A stretch of DNA of 64,000 bases from an uncultured Phycisphaerales bacterium (GTDB taxonomy: Bacteria; Planctomycetota; Phycisphaerae; Sedimentisphaerales; Anaerobacaceae). Positions within the stretch are counted from its first letter, which is position 1. The number at the start of each line of letters is the position of its first letter. Below, in pieces: positions 54,075 through 63,608 of the stretch. Below the pieces are notes generated by a model. It searched no databases. It was not told the origin of the DNA and worked only from the letters and a program-made list of their open reading frames with translations. The stretch covers positions 332,774 to 396,773 of the forward strand of contig CAVYYI010000004.1 in assembly GCA_963772725.1 (NCBI GenBank). The letters are read 5' to 3'. Position numbers and translations under genes: made by a program.

Positions 54075-54889
54075 ATGAAACACCTTTCCGTAGAATCGGG
54101 CAAATTAAAAAACATCTTCAAAAATAAATGTGTCTTTCTCTTTTTGGATTACGACGGTACTGTTGCACCTATTGCTCCTACGCCGAAAAAAGCGATTATC
54201 TCCGTCGAAACCAAAAAACTGTTAAAAACGCTTTCAGAATCATCGCGATGCAAATTAGCCATTATCAGCGGCAGGGCACTGAAAGATTTAAAAAAAATGG
54301 TAAGCCTTAAAAACATTTTTTACGCCGGAAACCATGGCGTTGAGATAGAAGGCCCTAAGTTAAGGTTCGAACACCCTATGCCTTATGGATATAAGCTCAT
54401 GCTTAGGCGGATAAGTAATGACCTGCATCTAAAGCTCTCAAAAATTAGAGGAATCGTCATCGAAGACAAGGACTATTCAATGAGCCTTCATTATCGCCTT
54501 GTTAATCCAAAACTTTTCCCCGATGTCTGTTCTTGTTTTAATCAAGTCGTGAAAGATTACCTGCACAAAATAAAATTGCGGCAACCCGCGGCAAATTGAT
54601 TTTGGAAGTAAGGCCGCCTCTGGACTGGAATAAGGGAGCCGCCGTTTTATGGCTTCTCGAACATGTTAAATCACCTGAAGGGACAGCAGGATTTTACCCT
54701 GTTTATATAGGCGACGATTTAACCGATGAAGACGCTTTTGCTGCCTTAAAAACCAAAGGTTTAACAATACTTGTCGGAAGACGCAGAAAATCTCTTGCGA
54801 AATTCTATTTTAATGACACCAGTGAAGTTGTCGATTTCCTCAAAAAGGTATTGGAAATCACAAAAAATAATTTTTCCCGTTTAATATGA
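54075..54889 (+). CDS. otsB: Trehalose-6-phosphate phosphatase (HAD); frameshift ~54565
   Basis: FLDYDGT, ISGR, GNHG, then GKLILEVRP, WNKG, IGDDLTDEDAF. Confidence 0.88.
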
Positions 54890-55560
54890 GGCCGCCTATG
54901 CTGGGAAAAGCGAAAGAACCGTTTCAGTTTTATACAAGATTGAATCTATCCGAATTAACCGGCCTAAAGGCCGCCAATGCAAACGAACTTTTGGGATTGA
55001 TAAAAACCGTTCCAGGTTCCTCAATATATTATCATACTCACCGCTTCCTCCAGCAGCATCTGTATCTTTCTCCAGAGCCGCCCAACGATTTTGCCTACTG
55101 GATTTCAAACGTCTTAGCCGAACCCGAACTCGGCGAAAGACTCGCCAGTATCGATATAATTCAATTCTCAACTATAAGAAGTTTACGCGATAATATTGCC
55201 GAGGTCATTGAGAAATATCTGTCCAGTCATCCCGCGATTAAAACGAAATTTGTCCGTTACGGCGCCGAGTTCCATTTCTTAAAATCCGTAAGCTTTATAT
55301 TCCCAACAAATTACCGCGTTCAAGACCTGAAGGAATTGGCCGAAGCACTTAGAAAAATAACCATAGACTCCATCTATTTTCACATGTTCGAGGCTCGTTT
55401 AAGACTCGAAAAGGCAAGCAATGATTTCTCCGTCTGGATAGAAAACTCCCTCGGCGATAAGAAACTGGCTGATAAAATATCAGGCCTCAACCCCTATACG
55501 CATACTATGGAAAATTTAAGAAAAACCATCATCAGTTTTATTGAGAAGAGTTTTAAATGA
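54886..55560 (+). CDS. DUF5752-family protein
   Basis: Duplicated SIYYH...NDFAYW / SIYFH...NDFSVW motifs; adjacent to treT. Confidence 0.75.
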   Translation: MRPPMLGKAKEPFQFYTRLNLSELTGLKAANANELLGLIKTVPGSSIYYHTHRFLQQHLYLSPEPPNDFAYWISNVLAEPELGERLASIDIIQFSTIRSLRDNIAEVIEKYLSSHPAIKTKFVRYGAEFHFLKSVSFIFPTNYRVQDLKELAEALRKITIDSIYFHMFEARLRLEKASNDFSVWIENSLGDKKLADKISGLNPYTHTMENLRKTIISFIEKSFK

Positions 55561-56768
55561 GCAAATTAGAAGATTATATCCCAATCGTAGGCCAGAGTGT
55601 AATTGATGACCTGAAACTTGCCGCCGAAAAACTCGAAGGTAAAGTAGTACAAAATATAAATTCCACCGCCGTCGGCGGGGGGGTCGCCGAAATATTAAAC
55701 AGGATGGTCCCATTCTTTAAGGATTTAGGCATCGACGCCAGATGGGATGTTATTAAGGGCGGCGATGAGTTCTTTGCCGTTACGAAAAAATTTCACAACG
55801 CTTTGCACGGAAAACAGGAAAATATCACCAGCCATGATTTTGAAATCTTCCTCGATTACGGCCAACAGAATATCGAACAACTCGATACTTACGGTGACAT
55901 AATCTTTGTCCACGACCCTCAGCCGATAACCTTAATAAATAAAAAATCTTTCAACAAATGGATTTGGCGTTGTCACGTTGATGTATCCAGTCCCGCCCCG
56001 ACCGTCTGGAAGTTCCTGAAAGAATTCATCGATAAGTATGACGCCGCTGTATTTTCCGCGCCCGCTTTCTCCCAGATTTTACCAATCAGACAATTTTTAA
56101 TTTCTCCCTCCATAGACCCACTCAGCGACAAGAACAAAGAACTGCCTACAGATGTCATAGAATCTGTTTTGCAGAAATACGGTATTGTCCAGGACAAACC
56201 CATAATTACCCAGATTTCCCGTTTCGATCGCCTCAAAGACCCACTCGGCGTTATAGATGCCTACCAACTTGTAAAAAGGCACAATGACTGCCAGCTTATC
56301 CTTGCCGGCGGCACTGCCTCCGATGACCCCGAAAGCGTCCAGGTCCTTGAAGAAGTTAAACAAAAAGCGCAATCCGACCCCGATATTCACATTCTTCTAA
56401 TGGCACAAAATGACATCGAAGTAAATGCTCTCCAGCGTGCCTCCACAATTATCATGCAAAAATCCATCCGTGAAGGTTTTGGCCTGACTGTAGCCGAAGC
56501 CCTTTGGAAAGCAAAACCCGTTGTGGCATCTGCAGTAGGTGGGATACCCTTACAGGTTACCCACAAACATTCAGGCTTATTGTGCTATTCCGTTGAGGGT
56601 GCAGCTTTTGCCATAAAACAACTTCTCAACGCACCGGAATATGCTAAAAAATTAGGTGTCAACGGACGAGAACATATACGACAAAATTTTCTGCTGACCC
56701 GCCACCTTCGGGATTATATGTTACTCTTCCTTTCCCTCTACCACACCGAACAAGTCGTCTTTTTTTAA
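55557..56768 (+). CDS. treT: Trehalose glycosyl-transferring synthase (GT4)
   Basis: NSTAVGGGVAEIL, TKKFHNAL, HDPQP, WRCHVD, SRFDRLKDP, EGFGLTVAEA. Confidence 0.85.
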   Translation: MSKLEDYIPIVGQSVIDDLKLAAEKLEGKVVQNINSTAVGGGVAEILNRMVPFFKDLGIDARWDVIKGGDEFFAVTKKFHNALHGKQENITSHDFEIFLDYGQQNIEQLDTYGDIIFVHDPQPITLINKKSFNKWIWRCHVDVSSPAPTVWKFLKEFIDKYDAAVFSAPAFSQILPIRQFLISPSIDPLSDKNKELPTDVIESVLQKYGIVQDKPIITQISRFDRLKDPLGVIDAYQLVKRHNDCQLILAGGTASDDPESVQVLEEVKQKAQSDPDIHILLMAQNDIEVNALQRASTIIMQKSIREGFGLTVAEALWKAKPVVASAVGGIPLQVTHKHSGLLCYSVEGAAFAIKQLLNAPEYAKKLGVNGREHIRQNFLLTRHLRDYMLLFLSLYHTEQVVFF

Positions 56769-56778
56769 CAAGCTTTAG

Positions 56779-57945
56779 TTAATGCCCCAGCCAAAAACAC
56801 AACTGCCCGCTCAATATTCCCAGATATGTCCCTAAGCTATTGCCCAGAATAGCTAAAAGCAATCCCACCGAGGCCAGTCCCGGCTGATAAACCGCCGCTA
56901 CCACCGGCGCCGACGCTACCCCGCCGATATTAGCCTGACTCGCAGCGACCGCCAGAAATAATGGCGCTTTTATAATTCTCAACGTCGAAAAAATAAACAC
57001 CGCGTGAACAAACACTATCACAAACCCAGCCAGAATCAAAACGAACGTCGAGCCTATGTCCGCTATGCTCGCCCTTGCCCCGATGGAAGTCAGCACGAAA
57101 TACAATATAAAATATCCGATTCTCGATGCGCCGAAATTTTCAAGTTTTTTAACGGGCGTAAATGAAAGGCAAATCCCCAAAACTGAAACAATAATAATAA
57201 CCCATGCGCTCAGTGAAACCGCGTTTTTAATTTCAGGAAGAAACCTTGCCGCGAACTGTGAGACTAAACTCCCCGCACCAGCCAAACCTAAAATAAGAAT
57301 AATCCCTGTGAAGTTCCACCTGTGTTTTATCGCAGGTGAATTTTCAATTCTACTGCTCAAATCATCGAGAATCCGTTTGTTCGAGCCATTCCACCGGTCG
57401 AACGCCGCCTGCATCGGAACCATCGCCAATAAAATCCCCATCCACATATAAGGAACAATCGTATCGACAACCACCATCGGCACATAAACATTATCAGGTG
57501 TTTTCAAGGCCTCTTTAACTGCGATCATATTTGCGCTGCCGCCCGTCCACGACCCAGATAAAGCGCCAAACCCCGACCACATCTGCGCTCCCGTTATATC
57601 CTTAAACAAAAAGAACGCCAGCGGCGCGCCTACGATAATTCCAAGACTCCCCGCGAAAAACATCACAAGGGCAGGCTTACCCAGCCGAATTATCTGCTTA
57701 ATATCAACCGGAATCAAAAGCAGCAGCAGACTCGCCGGCAGCAAATACGAAGTTATATCTGGATAAATCTCACTCTTGCCGTCTATAACTCCGCACGTCG
57801 AAGCCAGCATCGGAATAAAATAAATCCAGAACACCGCCGGCAGAAAATTGAAATATTTTTTGAAACGCTCGTATTCCGACAGCCGCAGGATGAAAATCTC
57901 AATCGATAAAAGCACAAAAATTATAGCCGCCGAATTGTGAATCAC
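56779..57945 (-). CDS. DUF819-family membrane protein
   Basis: Multi-TM; GSWTGGSANM and ASQANIGG motifs. Confidence 0.8.
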   Translation of the reverse strand: MIHNSAAIIFVLLSIEIFILRLSEYERFKKYFNFLPAVFWIYFIPMLASTCGVIDGKSEIYPDITSYLLPASLLLLLIPVDIKQIIRLGKPALVMFFAGSLGIIVGAPLAFFLFKDITGAQMWSGFGALSGSWTGGSANMIAVKEALKTPDNVYVPMVVVDTIVPYMWMGILLAMVPMQAAFDRWNGSNKRILDDLSSRIENSPAIKHRWNFTGIILILGLAGAGSLVSQFAARFLPEIKNAVSLSAWVIIIVSVLGICLSFTPVKKLENFGASRIGYFILYFVLTSIGARASIADIGSTFVLILAGFVIVFVHAVFIFSTLRIIKAPLFLAVAASQANIGGVASAPVVAAVYQPGLASVGLLLAILGNSLGTYLGILSGQLCFWLGH

Positions 57946-57948
57946 TTT

Positions 57949-59199
57949 CTAAATCCCCTCCGCCGATGTTACGCCTTTAACCATCCAGTCTCTTCCCCCA
58001 AGTATCCGTGCCACCATCATACTGGCTACATTGTCCCCGACCGCGTTGACCATTGTTGCAGGCGGGTCAACCAGCGTCCCAACCATCGAAATAATCGGCA
58101 AAGCTTCAATAGGAAATCCGTACAATGTAACAATCATAAGCTCTCCCAGAAATCCCCCGCCTGGTATCCCACTCATCACAATCCCGCTCAATAACGCTAC
58201 ACCAATTGCCGTTAAAATATCCCCAGCTCCAGTGAAATCCAGATGGAACAAACCGAACAATATCGCGATTTTCAAAACAGCCGACAGGCACGAACCGTCC
58301 ATATGAATCGTTGCCCCGATTGGAATAACCACTTCGCTGATGTCTTTCGGCGTCCCTATTCTTTCCGCTGCCTGCAGATTCGTCGGAATCGTCGCCACAC
58401 TGCTCCCTGTCGCCATCGCCGTCACCGAAGCCGGTATAATATTGCTCCAGAAACTTTTAACACCTCTTGCTCGCCCCGCGAAATAAGCGTAAACCGAAAA
58501 TCCAATAAAAAAATACATAATCGCCACAGGATAATACAACGCCATCGCCCGAAAATACGACCCCAGCAATTGAGGCCCGAAAACCCCAACTAAATACGCG
58601 AAATACGCCCCCAAACCTATCGGCGCATAAAGCATCACATAAGACAATGCTTTGCTCATCACCTCGTTGCCAGACACAAGAAACTGCGCGAAAACCTTAC
58701 CCTTTTCGCCGATTGACGAAGTTGCCAGCCCCGTGAGTATCGCAAACAAAATCAGCGCCAGCATATTCTTCTTCGATAAAAGCTCACCAAAATCCGCAAC
58801 TGTAAACGCCTTGACAATCTGTTGCGAAACTTTTACCTGCTCGACATTGACATCTGCCTTAGCGTTCAGCGTCATTCCTGCCGCCGGAGGATAAATCTTA
58901 ACCCCGATAACCATAACCGCCGACGCCAGCACACCGGTTACAACAAAAACCACCACCATCCATATCAATATTCTGCCTAAGCGTTTTGTATCGCTCATCA
59001 CCGCCACCGCCGACGATATCGAAAAGAACACCATCGGCACAACGATTGTAAAAAGAAGATTCAGAAAAATGTCGCCGAAAGGCTTAAAGAAACTCGCCCT
59101 ATCTTTTAAAATAACACCTGCAATCGAACCCGCCGTAATAAAAGCTATTATCAAAAGCGAAAAGGCATAGTTTTTTAAGAAGATTGATTTCAATTTCAT
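57949..59199 (-). CDS. Dicarboxylate/amino acid:cation symporter (DAACS)
   Basis: GDIFLNL, TGSSVATIP, GATIHMDG, NAVGD. Confidence 0.9.
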   Translation of the reverse strand: MKLKSIFLKNYAFSLLIIAFITAGSIAGVILKDRASFFKPFGDIFLNLLFTIVVPMVFFSISSAVAVMSDTKRLGRILIWMVVVFVVTGVLASAVMVIGVKIYPPAAGMTLNAKADVNVEQVKVSQQIVKAFTVADFGELLSKKNMLALILFAILTGLATSSIGEKGKVFAQFLVSGNEVMSKALSYVMLYAPIGLGAYFAYLVGVFGPQLLGSYFRAMALYYPVAIMYFFIGFSVYAYFAGRARGVKSFWSNIIPASVTAMATGSSVATIPTNLQAAERIGTPKDISEVVIPIGATIHMDGSCLSAVLKIAILFGLFHLDFTGAGDILTAIGVALLSGIVMSGIPGGGFLGELMIVTLYGFPIEALPIISMVGTLVDPPATMVNAVGDNVASMMVARILGGRDWMVKGVTSAEGI

Positions 59200-59230
59200 A
59201 AATTTTGCACTTTAGATTTTGATTTCTGAA

Positions 59231-60031
59231 TTATTTGTTTGTCTGCGCCTGTCGCAAAAGCTCCTTCTCATACCGCCAGTGCCACGGCTCAAACGTTATC
59301 CCTTCGCCGCTGTCTTTGGGATACGAAAGAACGAATCCGAATCTTTTCGCGTTTGCCACAAGCCAACTGTACTCCGCCAGGCTTTCATATTTTTTCACCT
59401 TACTTTGACAGCCGATACCATCCTCGCTGATAAAATCAATCGCCTGATGCTCCGAGTCCGCATGCTCGCTGTACCTCGGCAGCGCCACAGACTTCGCCGT
59501 TTCCCTGATTGAATACCCATGCCCCTTCAGCGACCGCATAAAAACATACAACTGGTATGCCTCCGACCGATACCCCGACTCAACATAAAGCCTTTTACCG
59601 ATATCTTTTTGCATGGCGTCCATCATCTTCATATAACTCTGATAAACATCCTCAGGCAGATACTTCGGCTCAAGCACCACCATTTTCTTCTTGTCCCTTA
59701 CCTTCTGCCCCTTTATTACTATCAGTCGCGGATTCCCCGCTGCAACTCGCCGCGGAATTTTCACACCAAGCTCATTTGCGTCCAGATTTTCAAATTGTTT
59801 AAGAAACGCCGCCTCGCTGCTGTCCAGTGGCGTGTAAAGCTCCTCCATGGTCAGCACCGCTAAATCGCGTTTTACCTGCCTTTCGCTGATTAAAAGCGAA
59901 AGCTTCGCCATCACCCCTTCAACCTTTTTAATATACTCTGCCGATAGACGATTCAAATCTAACCCCGCCGCTCCGCAATTAAACGCCGGCCACAAAACCA
60001 AAGAAATAAATATCAGTCTGCCTAATTCCAT
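59231..60031 (-). CDS. M15B (VanY-like) D,D- or L,D-carboxypeptidase
   Basis: Signal peptide; SGYRS, SEH, AID, FEPWHWRY. Confidence 0.85.
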   Translation of the reverse strand: MELGRLIFISLVLWPAFNCGAAGLDLNRLSAEYIKKVEGVMAKLSLLISERQVKRDLAVLTMEELYTPLDSSEAAFLKQFENLDANELGVKIPRRVAAGNPRLIVIKGQKVRDKKKMVVLEPKYLPEDVYQSYMKMMDAMQKDIGKRLYVESGYRSEAYQLYVFMRSLKGHGYSIRETAKSVALPRYSEHADSEHQAIDFISEDGIGCQSKVKKYESLAEYSWLVANAKRFGFVLSYPKDSGEGITFEPWHWRYEKELLRQAQTNK

Positions 60032-60050
60032 ATCTTTATTTTACCATTCC

Positions 60051-61148
60051 TTACTTACTTGCTTTTTTAAATCTCGGAACAATTCCAATGCCCGCTCTTA
60101 CATCCTTTAAATTATAAACACCTCGCGAATTTAAATACGGATTCCTGCCTGCTTGCCCTTTAATAAAAAACGGCGTATCCAAATCTACAAATTCAAACCC
60201 GCCCAGACCGCCAGCGAAATGCGCCGCCGCCGTTGCCGCGAGGTCGCTCTCTACCATGCTGCCTATCATAAGCCGGACTCCTGCCGCTTTTGCCGCACAG
60301 GCGATTTGCCACCCCTCGAATATCCCGAACTTCATAAGCTTGATATTGATAACGTCCGCTCCCTTTTCCAGTATGAGCCTTGTCACATCCGCAATCGACC
60401 CGATACTCTCATCCGCGCACACCGGAACTTTAGACAGCCGCGTTACCTTCTTCAATCCCTCCCAGTCTCTTTTATCTACCGGCTGCTCAATCATCGTGAG
60501 ATAAATATCAACTTTCTCCAGCTGCCTCAAAAGTTTTAACGCCCCATCAGCCGAATAACTCTGATTCGCGTCAAGACAGATTTCCCCCTTCGGCATAAAT
60601 TTCTTCACAATCAAAATCCGCCCAAAATCCTTTTCCGGCTCACCGGCCAGTTTAATCTTGAATTTCCGAAATCCGCTCCTATAAAACCCTTTAACCGCCT
60701 CCTCTGTCTCCGCAGATTCTGCTATTACCAACGTTATATCCGTCACCGTTTTTGCAGGCTTACTTCCGAAAAACCTCCATAGCGGTATCCCCATCTCCCT
60801 TGTCAGTGCGTCCATCACCGCCATTTCAATCGCCGCCTGCGCCGCTCTGTTTTGGCCCAGACGTTCCCGCAGATAACCCGACAGCCGCGGATAATCAAAA
60901 ATCTCTTTGCCGACCAGCTCTTCGCCGACATCCTTAAGATTTTTCTCAGTCTCCTCTATCGTTTCGCCCGTGATATGCGTCGCAATCGCCGCTTCCCCAT
61001 AGCCTTTTGTTCCATCCGTTAATTCTACGCCGAATATGACATTTCTCAGATGATTATGCTGCCCGTAAGCAATCCGAAAAGGACAAATCAACCCCTCTTC
61101 CAGAATATCGACCTTGGTCCGCCTGACACACAAATTTTTACTGCTCAT
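60051..61148 (-). CDS. L-Ala-D/L-Glu dipeptide epimerase (enolase superfamily)
   Basis: GYGEA, KIK, DANQ, EQP, ADES, NIKLMK, DLD. Confidence 0.88.
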   Translation of the reverse strand: MSSKNLCVRRTKVDILEEGLICPFRIAYGQHNHLRNVIFGVELTDGTKGYGEAAIATHITGETIEETEKNLKDVGEELVGKEIFDYPRLSGYLRERLGQNRAAQAAIEMAVMDALTREMGIPLWRFFGSKPAKTVTDITLVIAESAETEEAVKGFYRSGFRKFKIKLAGEPEKDFGRILIVKKFMPKGEICLDANQSYSADGALKLLRQLEKVDIYLTMIEQPVDKRDWEGLKKVTRLSKVPVCADESIGSIADVTRLILEKGADVINIKLMKFGIFEGWQIACAAKAAGVRLMIGSMVESDLAATAAAHFAGGLGGFEFVDLDTPFFIKGQAGRNPYLNSRGVYNLKDVRAGIGIVPRFKKASK

Positions 61149-61191
61149 AAACTTTACATTTTAAATTTTAACTTTTAAATTTTCTTCCTAT

Positions 61192-61220
61192 ACCATAGAC
61201 GCCGTTGGCCCCTGCGTCAA
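61192..61220 (-). promoter_or_regulatory. Sigma70-type promoter of the epimerase operon
   Basis: Minus strand TTGACG-N17-TATGGT. Confidence 0.5.
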
Positions 61221-61395
61221 ACCTAAATCCGCCCCGACCCATCTTTAACTCCTGTTTTCCAGCAGGGGAGCTGTTCATCTATTAACGGGAATCCAGTCTT
61301 GTTTTTTTATGCCCATTTCGTCCATACTATCCATCGAGTTTCATAGACCAAGATTTTAACTACTTCCCAATCGCATTTTGAGTAATGGTTTTTCT

Positions 61396-62133
61396 CTATT
61401 TCTGTGCCACCACCAGCATTTCAAAATCATCTTTCGACAATTTTTCATTTCGGCTAAAAGCCCCGAGCTTACATCCATAGATACCTATATCCTTAAAATT
61501 TAATGACTTCAGAAGCCATGATATTTCTGAGGGACAGTAGTATCGCTCATTGCCGCTTATTTGCCTTTCCTGACCTGAATCATCTGTAATTTTAAATTTA
61601 AACGTTCTCCTCAATGTGCCTAAATCAAAACTGCTATTTTGGGAATTCGCATGGGGCGTCTCCCCTGCATGACAAAGCGGGAGAAATGCATTCAGGGTTG
61701 TAAAAATGAATTTGCCGTTTTCTTTCAAAGCCTTTGCGGCGTTTTGCAGTATCTTAAAATTCATTTCGTCCGTTTCCATTAATGAAAACCCGCCCTCACA
61801 GAGCATAATGGCCATATCGAATTTATTTTCAAATTCCAGTTCACGAGCGTCCCTCTGTATAAATTCTATCTGCACATTCGCGTCGCCGGCCTTTTCTTTT
61901 GCTCTTTGCAATTGCGATTTAGACAAATCAACTCCGGTAACTTTATAACCACGCATAGCTAATTCAATAGCATGTCTGCCGGTGCCGCAGCCAATGTCTA
62001 AAATGTGGCTGCCTTTATTAAAATCAAGCTCCTTCTCGATAAAATCCACTTCTCCAACAGTACCCTGTACATAACATTCAGAATCATAGCTTTTGGCGTA
62101 ATTATCAAATAACGTTTCATACCATTGCTTCAT
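61396..62133 (-). CDS. Class I SAM-dependent methyltransferase
   Basis: ILDIGCGTGRH, GVDLS; ATG 62133 follows an AAGGA RBS. Confidence 0.88.
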   Translation of the reverse strand: MKQWYETLFDNYAKSYDSECYVQGTVGEVDFIEKELDFNKGSHILDIGCGTGRHAIELAMRGYKVTGVDLSKSQLQRAKEKAGDANVQIEFIQRDARELEFENKFDMAIMLCEGGFSLMETDEMNFKILQNAAKALKENGKFIFTTLNAFLPLCHAGETPHANSQNSSFDLGTLRRTFKFKITDDSGQERQISGNERYYCPSEISWLLKSLNFKDIGIYGCKLGAFSRNEKLSKDDFEMLVVAQK

Positions 62134-62417
62134 ATAGTCCTTTCGAACTCTTGTCTTTGCCATTATAAATTAGCTGGGATTTCACATTTAGATTTGCTCA
62201 GCTACACCGCTGAGCCTCATTTTCAATAGATTACCAATCAAAACTGGTTTGAACAGTGCATCCATAGGCTCTATACTATCAAATCCATATTAACTGCGAT
62301 ACTTTTTATATGGGAAATCCGGGATTAAATATATTGTCTTTTACACCTAAATCTGATAAATAATAAGTCTGCCTATAGAATAGAGCCGTTGAAATAATCG
62401 TTTGGAAAGAAGTTTTT

Positions 62418-62735
62418 ATGAAGAAGTGTCCCTTTTGTGCAGAAGAAATCCAGGATGAAGCCATCAAATGCCGTTTTTGCGGCGAATTCCTCAATAAACC
62501 CGTCTCAGAAAAACCAAAAACTAAATGGTACTACTCAACAACCGTTATCATAATTCTCATCTTATGCGTCGGGCCGCTTGCTTTACCTCTGGTTTGGTTT
62601 CATCCGCAATATAAAGTAGTAACAAAAATCTGGGTCTCGCTCCTTGTTATACTTTTTACCATTATATTTTCTTACATTACCGGCTGGGCATTCAACAACT
62701 TTATCGCGCAATTCAGGGCGTTGCAAAATATGTAG
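62418..62735 (+). CDS. Zinc-ribbon domain membrane protein
   Basis: CPFCAEEI....IKCRFCGE followed by two TM segments. Confidence 0.8.
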   Translation: MKKCPFCAEEIQDEAIKCRFCGEFLNKPVSEKPKTKWYYSTTVIIILILCVGPLALPLVWFHPQYKVVTKIWVSLLVILFTIIFSYITGWAFNNFIAQFRALQNM

Positions 62736-62765
62736 TATCTGATAACTAATAGTATGCAGGAAAAT

Positions 62766-62794
62766 TTGTCATACCTGCGAAAGCAGGTATCCAG
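62766..62794. repeat. REP-like palindrome
   Basis: GTC-ATACCTGC-GAAA-GCAGGTAT-CCAG, of the GTCATTCCCGCGAAAGCGGGAATCCA type. Confidence 0.6.
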
Positions 62795-62823
62795 TTGTTA
62801 GTGGTGTAGTAGGGTATTTTACC

Positions 62824-63360
62824 GTGCAAATTAAAAATAAATCCGTCGATACCGAGAACGGTGAAAAACAAACCGTAATCATGACCATCGGCCATTCGAC
62901 ACACTCGCTCGATGAATTTATCGAAATTCTAAAAGCGCACGGCGTTCAGAAAATTGTCGATGTCCGTACAATACCTAAATCTCGATACAATCCACAGTTC
63001 AACAAAGACTCCCTCCCCAGCCATCTCGGCAATATCAGCTACCTCCACATGCCTGGTCTCGGAGGACTCCGCAAACCCAAAGCCGACTTACCCCCGACAA
63101 AATGGAAAAACAAATCTTTCCAGGGCTACGCCCAATATATGCTCACCGACGAATTTGCCCAAAACCTCGAAACCCTGATAAATTTAGCCCGCAAAGAGCG
63201 GGTAGCGATAATGTGCGCCGAAGCCTTACCCTGGCGATGTCACAGGTCAATGATAGCTGATGCCCTGACCGCACGAGGCCTACGCGTCGAAAACATTTTT
63301 TCCAAGACTTCCGTAAAACCCCACCAATCCTCACCCCCTGAAAAAACCCTTTTCGATTAA
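62824..63360 (+). CDS. DUF488-family protein
   Basis: TIGHS, DVRTIP.S, LGGLR, MCAE..PWRCHRS. Confidence 0.85.
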   Translation: MQIKNKSVDTENGEKQTVIMTIGHSTHSLDEFIEILKAHGVQKIVDVRTIPKSRYNPQFNKDSLPSHLGNISYLHMPGLGGLRKPKADLPPTKWKNKSFQGYAQYMLTDEFAQNLETLINLARKERVAIMCAEALPWRCHRSMIADALTARGLRVENIFSKTSVKPHQSSPPEKTLFD

Positions 63361-63418
63361 CTTTCTTATTAAAGATTGACTTTTTGCCGCAAATAATCAA
63401 TAATCCTCCGATACAAAA

Positions 63419-63502
63419 GCCGAAGTGGCGGAACTGGCAGACGCGCAGGATTCAAAATCCTGTCCTGGCAACAGGGTGAGGGTTCAATTCCCTCCTTCGG
63501 CA
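63419..63502 (+). tRNA. tRNA-Leu(CAA); CCA end not encoded
   Basis: Acceptor stem GCCGAAG/CTTCGGC, anticodon arm CAGGA-TTCAAAA-TCCTG, long variable arm, GGTTCAATTCC T-arm. Confidence 0.95.
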
Positions 63503-63608
63503 CTACATTTTGAACCTTTCCCCATTTCCTATTTTCATTTTTTTGAATTTGTTTAGGATTTCGTGCTTCGTGCTTAGAATTTAAGTGCAGACCTTCAGGC
63601 TGCACCGT

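Noticed and set aside
63419..63502. tRNA-Leu as an integration site for a genomic island
   Set aside because: I saw no duplicated tRNA 3' end and no integrase in the window.
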